A stretch of 64,000 nt of DNA from Limisphaerales bacterium (GCA_965657355.1 CBFHOE010000002.1:32001-96000), one strand, 5' to 3'; counted from the first letter of the stretch, positions 1 through 10,398 are shown. A program made the numbers and translations. Notes: generated by a model from the sequence alone, not told the origin.

Positions 1-2542
1 CTATTCGCTCAGCAGCGGCTCTTACTGTGGCGTTTCCCGAATGAATGTCTGGAAGATTCCTTTTCCTACCACAGTGCGTTTCAACAAAACCTTTTTGCTT
101 TGTTTGGGCGATGATATTATCGAGGTATTTCCTAATGCCTGGGAATTGATTAAAATACTCATCGATTATCGACTTCGACTCCGTTCTTGAAATACTAAGA
201 CGTTGTGACAAGCCAAATGCCGAAATCCCGTAAGCTATTCCGAAATTAACCATTTTAGCTTTCCTTCGCATCTCAGCTGAAACTTCTTGGAGTGGGACTG
301 AAAATACTTTGCTAGCTGTCGCTGCATGAATGTCTATTCCGTCCCTAAATGATTGAATCATGGTTTGATCTTCTGATACCGCGGCTATCACTCTCAGTTC
401 TATTTGCGAATAGTCGGCAGCGAGTATAACATGGTTTTTATCTCCAGGGATAAAAGCCCTTCTGATTTCTCTTCCTTCTGCGCTTCTAACTGGGATATTT
501 TGTAAATTTGGATCATGGGATTGTAATCTGCCAGTTGCTGTCATCACCTGGCCGAAAGAGGTATGGATTCTGCCTGTTCCCTTTTTGACGTGTGATGGCA
601 ACGTATCTACATAAGTTGACTTTAGTTTTGTTAATCCACGATACTTAAGTATGTCCTGCACTATGGGGTGAGTAGAGGCCAGAGACAGTAATACTTGCTC
701 ATTTGTGGCGTATTGCCCTGTTTTGGTTTTCTTGGGTTTTTCTACGATTTGTAAATCTTCAAATAATACTTTGCCGAGTTGCTTTGGGGAGTTGAGATTA
801 AATTCCGCCCCTGCCTGGGAGTATATTTTTTGCGTCAGCGAATCAATGGATTCACCTAGATTTTTGGAGATTTCATTCAGCGCATGGACATCAATTTTGA
901 CTCCTTGCACCTCCATGCTGACTAGCACTTTTAATAGCGGCATCTCTATTTGATAAAAAACTTTTTCCAAATTGTTCTGAGTTATCAATTTTTGAAAAAG
1001 CTCAAATAACTGAAATGTTATATCCGCGTCCTCTGCAGCGTATTCTGATACTTGATGAACTGGAACATCACTCATTGATATCTGATTCTTCTTATCACTT
1101 CCGATTAAAGATGTAATAGAAATTGGAGAATAGCCCAAGAGTGATTCACTCAAATAATCCATACCATGACGTTGATCCGGTTCCAAAAGTGAATGAGCAA
1201 CCATAGTGTCGAAAAAAGAACCGGAAAGCGTTAGATTATATTTGGAAAGAACAATCAGATCGAACTTGAGATTGTGGCCAATCCATAGTGTATTTTCAAT
1301 TTGGAAGAACTCACGAATACAGTTTAGCCATTTAGTTTGCGCTCTGAGATTCTTGGGAAGAGCTACATATCCCCCAGCGTGGGCCTTAGCTGACCATGCT
1401 ATTCCCAGCAACTCTGTTTCATGTGGGTCCAGTGATGATGTTTCAGTATCAAAACAAATATAAGGCTTTCCTTTGAGTGAATGGATAAGTTCATTAAAGT
1501 CTTCTAGGGTCTCTATAGTTTTATACGAATGATCAATATCCTCCAAGGTCTTGAGAGGCGCACCTTGAGTGGGGGTTTCTTTACCATCTGCAGAGGCCGC
1601 AAATAATGCACCTTGAGTTTCAATTTCACCAAATCCTCTTCCAGCCTTAAAGGCCTGACCGAATATTTTTTTTCCGATTGTATTAAATTCCAATTCGATG
1701 ATGATATTTTTCAGCTCATCCGACTTATAATTTGATACTTCAAAATCAGAAAGACTCCAATCAACAGGAACGTCTGTAACTATTTCTGCTAGTTGTCTAG
1801 ACAGCAAAGCCTGAGATGAATAGGTTTGTAAATTTTCTTTTTGCTTACCCTTAAGCTTGTCAATATTTGATAGGATAGACTGGATGGACCCAAATTCTTT
1901 TATAAGTTTGGAAGCAGTCTTCTGACCGATACCTGGAACACCTGGGATATTATCTGAGGAATCTCCCCATAGGCCTAAAATATCTACTATCTGACCCGGC
2001 TCATCAATTGCCCATTTTTCACAGACACCCTGGACGTCGAGTATTTCTGGTTCTCCCCCTCCTCTGCCAGGTCGCAAGAGAATAATGTTCTTGGACACGA
2101 GTTGTGCGAAATCTTTATCGGGAGTGACCATCGTTACTTTCAACCCCATGTCTGCTGCGCTATTAGCGATTGTTCCAATTATGTCATCCGCCTCATACCC
2201 ATCCATATCGATAACAGGAATAGACATGGCTGAAAGCAGCCGGCGGATAATAGGTAAAGAAGCAGATAGCTCTTCAGGCATTTCCTCCCGTTGTGCTTTG
2301 TAAGCCGGGAATAGTTCATGCCGGAATGTTGGCTTAATCGTATCAAAAGCAACCGCAAGGTGTGTTGGAGACGATTTTTCCAATATCTCGAGTAATGTAT
2401 TAAGAACACCAAATACAGCGGAAGTATTTTGCCCTTTGCTATTTCTAATCGGGTTGGTCTGAAAGGCAAAGAAAGCTCGATATACCAAAGCCATACCATC
2501 TATCAAAAAAAGGCTATGAGAATTTTTCATATCACTCATCAT
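1..2542 (-). CDS. polA: DNA polymerase I (3' end runs off the window; missing from the ORF track)
   Basis: Manual minus-strand translation: MMSDMKNSHSLFLIDGMALVYRAFFAF (5'-3' exonuclease N-terminus), GDSSDNIPGVPGIG, exonuclease motifs FDTET / GHNLKFD / YAAEDAD, polymerase motifs ADYSQIELR and AKMVNFGIAYG. In-frame ATGs at 2542, 2539 and 2530. Confidence 0.97.
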   Translation of the reverse strand, partial: MMSDMKNSHSLFLIDGMALVYRAFFAFQTNPIRNSKGQNTSAVFGVLNTLLEILEKSSPTHLAVAFDTIKPTFRHELFPAYKAQREEMPEELSASLPIIRRLLSAMSIPVIDMDGYEADDIIGTIANSAADMGLKVTMVTPDKDFAQLVSKNIILLRPGRGGGEPEILDVQGVCEKWAIDEPGQIVDILGLWGDSSDNIPGVPGIGQKTASKLIKEFGSIQSILSNIDKLKGKQKENLQTYSSQALLSRQLAEIVTDVPVDWSLSDFEVSNYKSDELKNIIIELEFNTIGKKIFGQAFKAGRGFGEIETQGALFAASADGKETPTQGAPLKTLEDIDHSYKTIETLEDFNELIHSLKGKPYICFDTETSSLDPHETELLGIAWSAKAHAGGYVALPKNLRAQTKWLNCIREFFQIENTLWIGHNLKFDLIVLSKYNLTLSGSFFDTMVAHSLLEPDQRHGMDYLSESLLGYSPISITSLIGSDKKNQISMSDVPVHQVSEYAAEDADITFQLFELFQKLITQNNLEKVFYQIEMPLLKVLVSMEVQGVKIDVHALNEISKNLGESIDSLTQKIYSQAGAEFNLNSPKQLGKVLFEDLQIVEKPKKTKTGQYATNEQVLLSLASTHPIVQDILKYRGLTKLKSTYVDTLPSHVKKGTGRIHTSFGQVMTATGRLQSHDPNLQNIPVRSAEGREIRRAFIPGDKNHVILAADYSQIELRVIAAVSEDQTMIQSFRDGIDIHAATASKVFSVPLQEVSAEMRRKAKMVNFGIAYGISAFGLSQRLSISRTESKSIIDEYFNQFPGIRKYLDNIIAQTKQKGFVETHCGRKRNLPDIHSGNATVRAAAERI

Positions 2543-2751
2543 CTGAACTCAATGTATCCTATTTTTAGATAGGTGGAGAAGTCATAACCCGCAAATTAAT
2601 AATTCGTGCAAACCAAAATGTGATGAATGGCCCCCTTGTGTAAAAAATTCAAAAACCTCTCCGCATTAAAAATTTAGTCAAGCAAACACCCTAATTTACC
2701 GACGTAAAAACTAGATATTCATAAATATTCAATTTTTGTTTGGAAACGAAT

Positions 2752-3087
2752 ATGCCAAGAGTACGTAAAGAGGTCCTGAAGCAGGGTATGCAGCTCGGTG
2801 AAGACCTTAGAGACAAAAACGGGCGCATGATGATGGCGAAGGGGTCAACCTTGGATTATGAAAAAATACATAAAATAAGGAACAGTGACGTTTTGTGTCC
2901 GGAAATATCCGGAATTTCCGAGGAGGAGATTGATGATCTTCACCGCGCTGGAGTTTCTCAGGAGAATCAAAACATCATCGAAAAGCTCAATGAAATGCAG
3001 TTTTCAAATTGTGTAGAATTTGATCCGTTCGTGAAAGAACTCAAAGTCATCTCTGATAGGGCCCTTTATGCCTCATTAAAGTCATGA
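2752..3087 (+). CDS. Small hypothetical protein resembling the N-terminal accessory region of HD-GYP/HDOD-associated proteins
   Basis: LKQGMQLGEDLRDKNGRMMMAKGSTLD pattern; stop overlaps the next gene's start (ATGA at 3084-3087). ATG 2752 preferred over TTG 2740. Confidence 0.7.
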   Translation: MPRVRKEVLKQGMQLGEDLRDKNGRMMMAKGSTLDYEKIHKIRNSDVLCPEISGISEEEIDDLHRAGVSQENQNIIEKLNEMQFSNCVEFDPFVKELKVISDRALYASLKS

Positions 3088-3959
3088 AGCTGATAAAATA
3101 TAATTCTCCAAACGCGGTCGTAAAGGCCATCAAAGAATTACCAAGCCCATACAGTAAGCCACCGGAGTTAGACGAATACCTCCTCAACATGAATACGCAG
3201 ATCGACAAAATCAACGACCTGCTGAGAATTGACTACGCCGTGGTTATCAGAATGTTTAAGCTTGCCAACAGCGTCGCCATGGGAGGCAATGAAGAGAAAG
3301 TCTTAAACATCAATGATGCGATCACAAGTGTTGGAAGCGTTGAAATAGCACGCATCACAGAGGTATCGCAAAAAAATCCAGTATTAGATGTCATACCTCC
3401 TCAGCTTTTCAATCTAGAATCATTTTGGAATCACTCATATGCAACAGCAGTTGCAGCTGAAGAAATTGCAAAATTTATTCAAGAAAAAAATCCAGAGTAC
3501 CATTTTATTTGCGGACTTCTACATGACATTGGCAGGCTCATCATGTCATTGGCTATGCCAAAACAATACATAGTCTGCATGCTCGAGGCACAGAAAAAAA
3601 ATCGAAGCCTCCAATCTCAAGAACTCAGAATTTTTGGTTTTGATCATGCTGAAGTCGGAGCAGAGGCTATAAAAGAGTGGAAATTTCCATCTTTCGCAGA
3701 GGAAGCAATCGAATACCATCACGCAGCTTCAGATGCGAGAAAGCACCCAAAATTGGTTACCGTAACCCATCTTGCTGACGCTCTAATACATGCTCTTCAT
3801 ATTGGTAGAAGTGGTGAACTAATGATGCCGAAAATTTTTTCTCAGAAAATCCAGGACATAGGCATTAACCCCTATCAGCTTCACGATATCAGCGGCCGCG
3901 TGCTTCAAAAAGTTAGTCCCAGGCTTATCAAAGGCAGAAATCTTTCAGTTGCTGCGTAA
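3084..3959 (+). CDS. HDOD domain protein
   Basis: ELPSP, FKLANS, FWNHSYATA, GLLHDIGRL, FGFDHAEVG, W-x-F-P, IEYHH motifs. Confidence 0.92.
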   Translation: MKLIKYNSPNAVVKAIKELPSPYSKPPELDEYLLNMNTQIDKINDLLRIDYAVVIRMFKLANSVAMGGNEEKVLNINDAITSVGSVEIARITEVSQKNPVLDVIPPQLFNLESFWNHSYATAVAAEEIAKFIQEKNPEYHFICGLLHDIGRLIMSLAMPKQYIVCMLEAQKKNRSLQSQELRIFGFDHAEVGAEAIKEWKFPSFAEEAIEYHHAASDARKHPKLVTVTHLADALIHALHIGRSGELMMPKIFSQKIQDIGINPYQLHDISGRVLQKVSPRLIKGRNLSVAA

Positions 3960-4023
3960 AGGAGCACATCAGAGGTAAAATCTCGCCAAAACCCAGCAGA
4001 TATAATAATTTTTGAGGCGTTAT

Positions 4024-6630
4024 ATGTCTCGAAAAAGAAGATCAAGACGCAGAAATCGTAACAAACCAACGATTAACACCTCCCATGTGGCAAAAGCGGT
4101 GGGGGCATTTTTGTTCTTGTTGGTTATCTTTTTTGTCATTGGCACCCGGTCTGTGGTCCTGAAACCCCTCCTTTTATCAAAAATTGGTGGAGCTACCAAC
4201 CTGCAATGGGAATGCGATAGTTTGAGTTATTGGCCCACGTCAGGTTTTACGCTGAAAAATGCAAAGGCGAGGGACCCCAAATTCAAGGGCGAGGTATTCA
4301 AGGGCGAAAGTATTACAGTTGACTCCCCCGGGTTTGTTATTTTTAAAAAAGAAATCAAATTATCTAAGTTTGAAGCAAAAGGCCTTTCAGCAAACATCAT
4401 TACCCTGGAAGACGGAAGTTCTAATCTAGATAATTTTAAGAAAAGTTTCGTTTACCGCCAGCCATTGCAGAATGACCTGAGAGATTTCTCCCTGAAAAAT
4501 ATCAAGATTGAGGATGGCAGTATTTCGTGGGTAGAACAAAAGAGTCGATCCGAACGGACCAAAAAAGGCATATCAAATATTAATCTAAATATTCCCGAGT
4601 GGGGTCGAGGGAAGTTAGGAAAGTTTGATTTAGAATTTACTCCACATGTTTTTCTGGAAGAGGAGAATCAAAAAATAAAGGACGAATACTCTTGCCGAAT
4701 GAAGGTGAATGGAGCGTTCAAACTCAATTCAAAAGGTTCATTAATTGAAGCTTCACTCAAAGGCGAAAGTGAACCCGCTAAGGGAACCGGAATATTTGCC
4801 AGCTCTAATAGACTAAATTACAAATTAGATGCCACGTATGAAAATGATTTACTATCATCATTTCTGATATCGGTAAATTCTCCAGAGGATCAAGCATTTA
4901 GATTAAGTAGCTCAGGCAAATTAGATTTAGTAAAAATTGAAGCTAACCAGATCATAAATTACTCGGGCTCATTATCCGTTTTGAATCCGCTTATTGGTGA
5001 TGAAGGCGGGTATTTTTCAAAAGGAATTATCCAAGGCAAAAGCACGTTTTTTGCTAAATTGTTTGGAAATTCCTGGATGACAACACACGAGGTAAAAGCA
5101 GATCAGGTTACCTTCAATTTTAAAGGATCGACTTTGCCTGTGATGAACGCCGCAGTCTCAAGTCGAGTCGCATTGGAAAAAGCTTTAAAATCATTCAGGG
5201 TAGATACTTTTGATCTCGAGATTGATTCAGGAAAAAACAATACCCTCAATATTTACAGTGAAGGGGCAACGAATTTTTCATACGGCCCAAATAGGGCCGG
5301 GTTCGAACCTTCAACAATCAAAGCAAATATTAAATCAGACCTCCGACAATGGAGAAATTTTCTTCCGGAATATATCAAGGGGGGGCAAATCAACCTAGCG
5401 ATCTCCGCAATTGTTATGGATGACGGCAAGAAAATTTCCTGGACCGGAGAAAGCAATAACTCAAACATTATTTTACAATCTCAAAACGACCCCTCTATTC
5501 AAGAAGACTACAATATCGATATAAAAACAAATGGACCAATCAATGAATTAAAAGTATTGGAGCACGGCATATTTGAGGTCTCATTACTCAAGAATAGTGA
5601 GCGCAAAGCATACTCAAAAGCGGACCTTCTTTATTTGGGAAAAAGCCGCGGTTACAACATACTTCTCGATATTGGATTACTGGATTTGAGTCACCTCTCG
5701 AGAATGGTGCCAATACCGTATGTAGATAAGCCAGAAGGAGACCTTCGAATAACCACCAGCTATAGTACTGTAGAAAAGAATCTTAAAAAGTGGAGTATGA
5801 ACTTCGACACACGCAAATTAGGGGGTAAGATATTTGGAAGAAGAATTAGTGATGCAAGAATAGAATCAGGCTTCACCCTACATTCAAGGGAAAAAGGTTA
5901 TAGTATTCCGAATGCCACTTTTGACGTCAGATTTGGTCCGAGGCTAGCACTTTCTTTGGCTGGAAATTTGACTCAGAATTACCCACAAAACACAATGGAT
6001 GGCAATATCAACATATTGAGCTTCAATCAAGAAGCAGCCATGATGCTAATGCCTCCCTGGTTGAAAGGAATGAGGATTGTCGACCTAAGCCTACGGGGTA
6101 AAACAAAAATATCCTCCAAACCTAAGAGTAATGACGTCATCATTAGTTCCGAAATAGAATTAGAGAAATTCCGAAATAGAGGATTCACCCGGGTAGACCA
6201 CCGGACTCTGCCATTTGATGTCAAAGTTGAGGCGCGCTATTTTAATCAAGAAATACTTATTCGATCGGCAAATTTAAACTTTTCACCGAATTCGCCTAAG
6301 GAGGATAACCAGCTTTCATTGTCAAAGCCTATAGCTCTTCAATTTGATAAAGGCCAGATACGCAGGCAAAGTGATACTCCCATTATTTTATCCTCCGACC
6401 AGTTAGAAATAACTCAATGGATTAATTTTTTCGATCAATGGCGGCAAATAAATGGAGATGAGACTTTGGATAAAACAAAAATAGTAGATCCACCTTTGAA
6501 TTTTGAACTAAATGTCGGGCAATTTTATAATGGTTCGAAATTTATTGAGAATTGGAAAGGCCAATCGTCGTTTTCCGACCTTGCAAAAATTCCAGACAAC
6601 ATAGCAAAACTTCTCCCTGAAAAGGATTAA
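4024..6630 (+). CDS. Membrane-anchored AsmA-like protein
   Basis: Basic N-terminus, one TM helix, then a long beta-rich region; LEDGSSNLD and IKIEDGSISW resemble AsmA N-terminal motifs. ATG 4024 preferred over TTG 4012. Confidence 0.65.
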   Translation: MSRKRRSRRRNRNKPTINTSHVAKAVGAFLFLLVIFFVIGTRSVVLKPLLLSKIGGATNLQWECDSLSYWPTSGFTLKNAKARDPKFKGEVFKGESITVDSPGFVIFKKEIKLSKFEAKGLSANIITLEDGSSNLDNFKKSFVYRQPLQNDLRDFSLKNIKIEDGSISWVEQKSRSERTKKGISNINLNIPEWGRGKLGKFDLEFTPHVFLEEENQKIKDEYSCRMKVNGAFKLNSKGSLIEASLKGESEPAKGTGIFASSNRLNYKLDATYENDLLSSFLISVNSPEDQAFRLSSSGKLDLVKIEANQIINYSGSLSVLNPLIGDEGGYFSKGIIQGKSTFFAKLFGNSWMTTHEVKADQVTFNFKGSTLPVMNAAVSSRVALEKALKSFRVDTFDLEIDSGKNNTLNIYSEGATNFSYGPNRAGFEPSTIKANIKSDLRQWRNFLPEYIKGGQINLAISAIVMDDGKKISWTGESNNSNIILQSQNDPSIQEDYNIDIKTNGPINELKVLEHGIFEVSLLKNSERKAYSKADLLYLGKSRGYNILLDIGLLDLSHLSRMVPIPYVDKPEGDLRITTSYSTVEKNLKKWSMNFDTRKLGGKIFGRRISDARIESGFTLHSREKGYSIPNATFDVRFGPRLALSLAGNLTQNYPQNTMDGNINILSFNQEAAMMLMPPWLKGMRIVDLSLRGKTKISSKPKSNDVIISSEIELEKFRNRGFTRVDHRTLPFDVKVEARYFNQEILIRSANLNFSPNSPKEDNQLSLSKPIALQFDKGQIRRQSDTPIILSSDQLEITQWINFFDQWRQINGDETLDKTKIVDPPLNFELNVGQFYNGSKFIENWKGQSSFSDLAKIPDNIAKLLPEKD

Positions 6631-6646
6631 AGACAAATAATAAACC

Positions 6647-8035
6647 ATGGAAAAAATTCTCGAGTATTTGAAAGACAATCATGAGAACTCTGTTGAGGAA
6701 CTTATGGAATATATAAGGTTTCCAAGCATCTCAGCCCAACCAAACAAACACGGTAAGGATATAGACGACTGTGCGAATTGGATAGAGTCTCACTGTAAAA
6801 ATATGGGGTTGGAAGTGGAAAAATATCCGACTTCAGGTAACCCAATAATCATCGCCAAAGTTCCTAATGATCTTGTGGAAGACGGCCAAAACGCAAAGAA
6901 AATCTTACTTTATGGACATTACGATGTTCAACCCCCGGAACCCTTCGATCTTTGGACGACACCACCTTTTGAGCCCACTATACGAAACGGTAATATTTAC
7001 GCACGCGGAGCCTCAGATAATAAAGGCCAGCATTTTTCTCACCTTAAAGCGATAGAGGCATACTTAAAAACCGGTTCGAAGTTTCCATGTCACATAACGA
7101 TGGTTATTGAAGGGGAGGAAGAGGTTGGAAGTGAGAGTCTTTATAAATTTATCGAAGACCAACCGGAACTATTATCAGCTGACTTTCTTTATATCTCTGA
7201 TAATGGAATACCAAGCCTGGAACACCCGACAATTACATACGCGCTAAGGGGGGTTTGTGCACTAGACGTCGAGCTGAATGGACCAAATAAGGATCTACAC
7301 TCTGGTTTCTATGGAGGGGCTATAGCTAATCCAGCAACTGAATTATGCCGCCTTTTATCAAAAATTCATAATGAAGACGGAGTTGTTCAAATTCCAGGCT
7401 TTTACGAGTGTGTGACCAATTTAACAGATGAAGAGAGGGAATCTTTCAAACAATTACCAGAATCCGATCAAAAGCTACTCGATCTGACAGGAGCACCGGA
7501 TTTAAAAGGAGAATTAGATTATAGCTCATATGAAAGGCGCTCATGCAGGCCGACTGTAGAGATCAATGGTATGATAAGCGGTTACAATGGAGACGGAAGT
7601 AAAACTATCATTCCGGCAAAAGCGTCTGCAAAATTAACAATGAGACTTGTTCCAAATCAAGACCCTAAAATCATACTCGATCTGGTTGAGAACTTTTTAA
7701 AATCAAATTGTCCGCCATCGGTTCAAATAACTGTTGAAAAAGGGCATGCCGGGGCGCCGTACCTGACTTCACCTAATGGTCCATTTGCATTAGCTGCCTC
7801 AAGTGCCGTTGAAAAAGCATTTGGTAAAAAGGCGCTCATTTCTCGTGAAGGTGGATCCATACCGATAATAAATGAATTCAAAGAAAAACTAGGGATTGAG
7901 ACATTGCTACCAGGACTTGGCTTACCAGATGATAACATGCACAGCCCCAACGAAAAATTCACCCTTGAATGCTTTGAGCGTGGAAAATTAATGAGCGCTT
8001 ATCTGATTGATGAAATCGGAGCATTGGCTAAATAA
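6647..8035 (+). CDS. M20 family dipeptidase
   Basis: YGHYDVQP, ARGASDNKGQ, EGEEEVGS, DLHSG, HSPNE motifs. Confidence 0.93.
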   Translation: MEKILEYLKDNHENSVEELMEYIRFPSISAQPNKHGKDIDDCANWIESHCKNMGLEVEKYPTSGNPIIIAKVPNDLVEDGQNAKKILLYGHYDVQPPEPFDLWTTPPFEPTIRNGNIYARGASDNKGQHFSHLKAIEAYLKTGSKFPCHITMVIEGEEEVGSESLYKFIEDQPELLSADFLYISDNGIPSLEHPTITYALRGVCALDVELNGPNKDLHSGFYGGAIANPATELCRLLSKIHNEDGVVQIPGFYECVTNLTDEERESFKQLPESDQKLLDLTGAPDLKGELDYSSYERRSCRPTVEINGMISGYNGDGSKTIIPAKASAKLTMRLVPNQDPKIILDLVENFLKSNCPPSVQITVEKGHAGAPYLTSPNGPFALAASSAVEKAFGKKALISREGGSIPIINEFKEKLGIETLLPGLGLPDDNMHSPNEKFTLECFERGKLMSAYLIDEIGALAK

Positions 8036-8079
8036 TTCGTTGCTTTATACTTTGAATGCAGCCCGTGCATTTTAACACC

Positions 8080-8116
8080 AAAAACAAAATGACCCTCCCA
8101 AATAAACAGGAGGGTC
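8080..8116 (-). terminator. Intrinsic terminator-like hairpin, U-tract on the minus strand
   Basis: GACCCTCC (8091-8098) / GGAGGGTC (8109-8116) perfect 8-bp stem, preceded on + by AAAAACAAAAT. Confidence 0.65.
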
Positions 8117-8165
8117 GTTGATCAGTTTCAACTTAATTGGCAAGTCGCAATTGCCAAAGTTGTAA
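8080..8165 (-). ncRNA. Candidate small RNA (two hairpins, about 85 nt)
   Basis: Hairpin at 8129-8162 plus terminator at 8091-8116, minus-strand TTGACA at 8186-8191, and no credible minus-strand gene nearby. Confidence 0.3.
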
Positions 8166-8397
8166 TTCCACTATTGAGTTAATTATGTCAACAACTTATT
8201 ACAATTTTTTCTAAACAGAGATTGTAGTTGCTGAGATTGCCCCGAAAGGAAACAAAGAATATTACCAGGTTTGAAAATGAGGGGATTCCACCGAAAAAAG
8301 TGGATAGTTATGTTTTCAAGTCTAAGTATTTCATTTGTCTCCAATCTGGCTAGAAATTGAGCTTGGCAATTTATTCAAATATGCACAGATTAATGCA

Positions 8398-8766
8398 ATG
8401 ATAATTAAATGGGGCTCACCATTCATTCTATCCGTTCTCTTTTTTTGGGGATGTGGAAAAGAAAGCCAGAAAGATTCGAGCGCTTCCGGAGCGTCGACAG
8501 AATCTCAAAGCAACGCCATTTCTGCACCAGTAGATTATTTGGGAGCAGTAGCAAATGCCAAGAAAAGCATGGAGGGCAAACTTGCGCTCTCTCAGCTTTC
8601 TCAAGCCGTGCAGAATTACCAGATTGAGAATGGAGAATTTCCTATTAGTTTAGACGCTTTGCTACAATCTGATCATCTAACAAGATTACCAAAGGTTCCG
8701 TATCGAACGAAACTGTCATATGACCCTAAAACCGGAGTTGTTGATATCGTTGCGGAGAATCAATAA
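8398..8766 (+). CDS. Putative lipoprotein with a GspG/pseudopilin-like C-terminal region
   Basis: Signal peptide ending FFWG-C, Ser-rich linker, then LSQAVQNYQIENGEFPISLDAL...YDPKTGVV. ATG 8398 preferred. Confidence 0.7.
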   Translation: MIIKWGSPFILSVLFFWGCGKESQKDSSASGASTESQSNAISAPVDYLGAVANAKKSMEGKLALSQLSQAVQNYQIENGEFPISLDALLQSDHLTRLPKVPYRTKLSYDPKTGVVDIVAENQ

Positions 8767-8859
8767 AAAATAAAAAAACCTCTCCCCTACTTCTTTTTTG
8801 GTGCCTGCATATTTTGAGTGCCATTAAAGGGTTAACACTTATCATTTTCGAAAACCAAT

Positions 8860-10398
8860 ATGGATCAAATAGTCATCCTCGATTTTGGAAGTCAGTACAC
8901 ACAGGTCATTGCAAGAAGGATAAGAGAAGAAAAAGTCTATTGTTCTATTTTGCCATTTGATACTTCCATCAGAGAAATAAAAAGATTAAATCCCAAGGGT
9001 ATTATATTGTCCGGAGGGCCTTCCAGTGTTTTTGCAACCAAAGCACCGAAACCCAGTAAAAAAATATTTGAACTCGGTTGTCCTATTTTGGGAATTTGCT
9101 ACGGGCTTCAGCTCATGGGTCATATGCTTGGTGGTTTGGTCGAAAAGACTACCAAGCGTGAATTCGGAAAGGGCTCATTAAAAATAACCGATAGCCAGTC
9201 AATACTTACGAAAGGACTGGGTAAAAAAACGCAAGTATGGAACTCGCATGGAGATAAGGTCTCAGGTCTCCCCAAAGGATTTAAAGCGATCGCTGTTACT
9301 GAAAATTCAGACCATGCTATTATAGCTAACGAGAGCAAACAATTTTTTGGACTCCAGTTTCACCCTGAGGTTGCACATACCCCAAAAGGGAAAATCATAC
9401 TCAAAAATTTTATTATCAAGATTTGTCAGTGCAAAACTGACTGGACGATGAAATCATTTATTGACCATTCAGTTGAAGAGATTAGATCAACGGTTGGAGA
9501 TGCCCACGTCATATTAGGCTTGAGCGGTGGAGTAGATTCAAGTGTAGCTGCAGCGCTGATTCATAAAGCCATTGGCAATCAACTCACCTGCATATTTGTG
9601 AATAACGGACTTTTGAGAGGTAATGAAGCGCAAGCGGTTAAAGACTTATTTGGGCGCAATTTTAAGATGAGGCTCCAATATGAGAATGCAACTTCACAAT
9701 TTTTGACAAAGTTAAAAGGAGTAAAAAGCCCCGAAAAAAAACGTAAAATTATTGGTAATACTTTTATAAAGGTTTTCGAAGACGCGACCAAGAGAGCAGG
9801 AAAGGCTAAATTTTTAGCTCAAGGCACACTTTACCCAGATGTCATTGAGTCTGTTCCAATCGATGGAAACCCTGCAGCCTTGATCAAAAGTCATCACAAT
9901 GTAGGGGGACTACCCGAGAAAATGAAATTTGAACTACTTGAGCCGCTCAAGTGCCTTTTCAAGGATGAGGTTAGAAAGCTTGGTTTGGAGCTCGGACTTC
10001 CAAAGGAAGTTGTTTTCAGACAACCGTTCCCCGGACCAGGGCTCGCCGTCAGGATTCTGGGCGATATTACAAGGAATCGCCTTAGAATCCTTCGCGAAGC
10101 CGATACCATCATAATTCAAGAAATGAAAAAGAGCGGATGGTATTACAAGATTTGGCAAAGCTTTGGAGTTTTACTTCCAATCAAGTCGGTTGGAGTTATG
10201 GGAGATGAGCGCACGTATGAAAATACTATTGCCATCCGCATGGTTGAATCAAGTGATGGAATGACAGCTGATTGGGTGAAGCTTCCTTATGAACTTCTTG
10301 AAACAATGAGTAATAGAATCATTAATGAAGTAAAGGGAATTAATAGAGTCACCTACGATATCTCATCAAAACCTCCAGCTACTATCGAGTGGGAGTAG
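8860..10398 (+). CDS. guaA: GMP synthase (glutamine-hydrolysing)
   Basis: [46 protein letters not shown]. Confidence 0.99.
   Translation: MDQIVILDFGSQYTQVIARRIREEKVYCSILPFDTSIREIKRLNPKGIILSGGPSSVFATKAPKPSKKIFELGCPILGICYGLQLMGHMLGGLVEKTTKREFGKGSLKITDSQSILTKGLGKKTQVWNSHGDKVSGLPKGFKAIAVTENSDHAIIANESKQFFGLQFHPEVAHTPKGKIILKNFIIKICQCKTDWTMKSFIDHSVEEIRSTVGDAHVILGLSGGVDSSVAAALIHKAIGNQLTCIFVNNGLLRGNEAQAVKDLFGRNFKMRLQYENATSQFLTKLKGVKSPEKKRKIIGNTFIKVFEDATKRAGKAKFLAQGTLYPDVIESVPIDGNPAALIKSHHNVGGLPEKMKFELLEPLKCLFKDEVRKLGLELGLPKEVVFRQPFPGPGLAVRILGDITRNRLRILREADTIIIQEMKKSGWYYKIWQSFGVLLPIKSVGVMGDERTYENTIAIRMVESSDGMTADWVKLPYELLETMSNRIINEVKGINRVTYDISSKPPATIEWE

Noticed and set aside
705..2499. Short track ORFs at 705, 1206, 2085 and 2179
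   Set aside because: Antisense or off-frame shadows of polA, which the track missed because it runs off the window.
2607..2670. GCAAACC upstream of the HDOD operon as a c-di-GMP-I riboswitch
   Set aside because: No GAAA tetraloop stem, GACGCAAAG element or P2 stem follows.
8137..8157. TGGCA...TTGC as a sigma-54 promoter (also near 8806-8823 and 26174-26188)
   Set aside because: GG-to-GC spacing is 12 or 9 nt, not the required 10.
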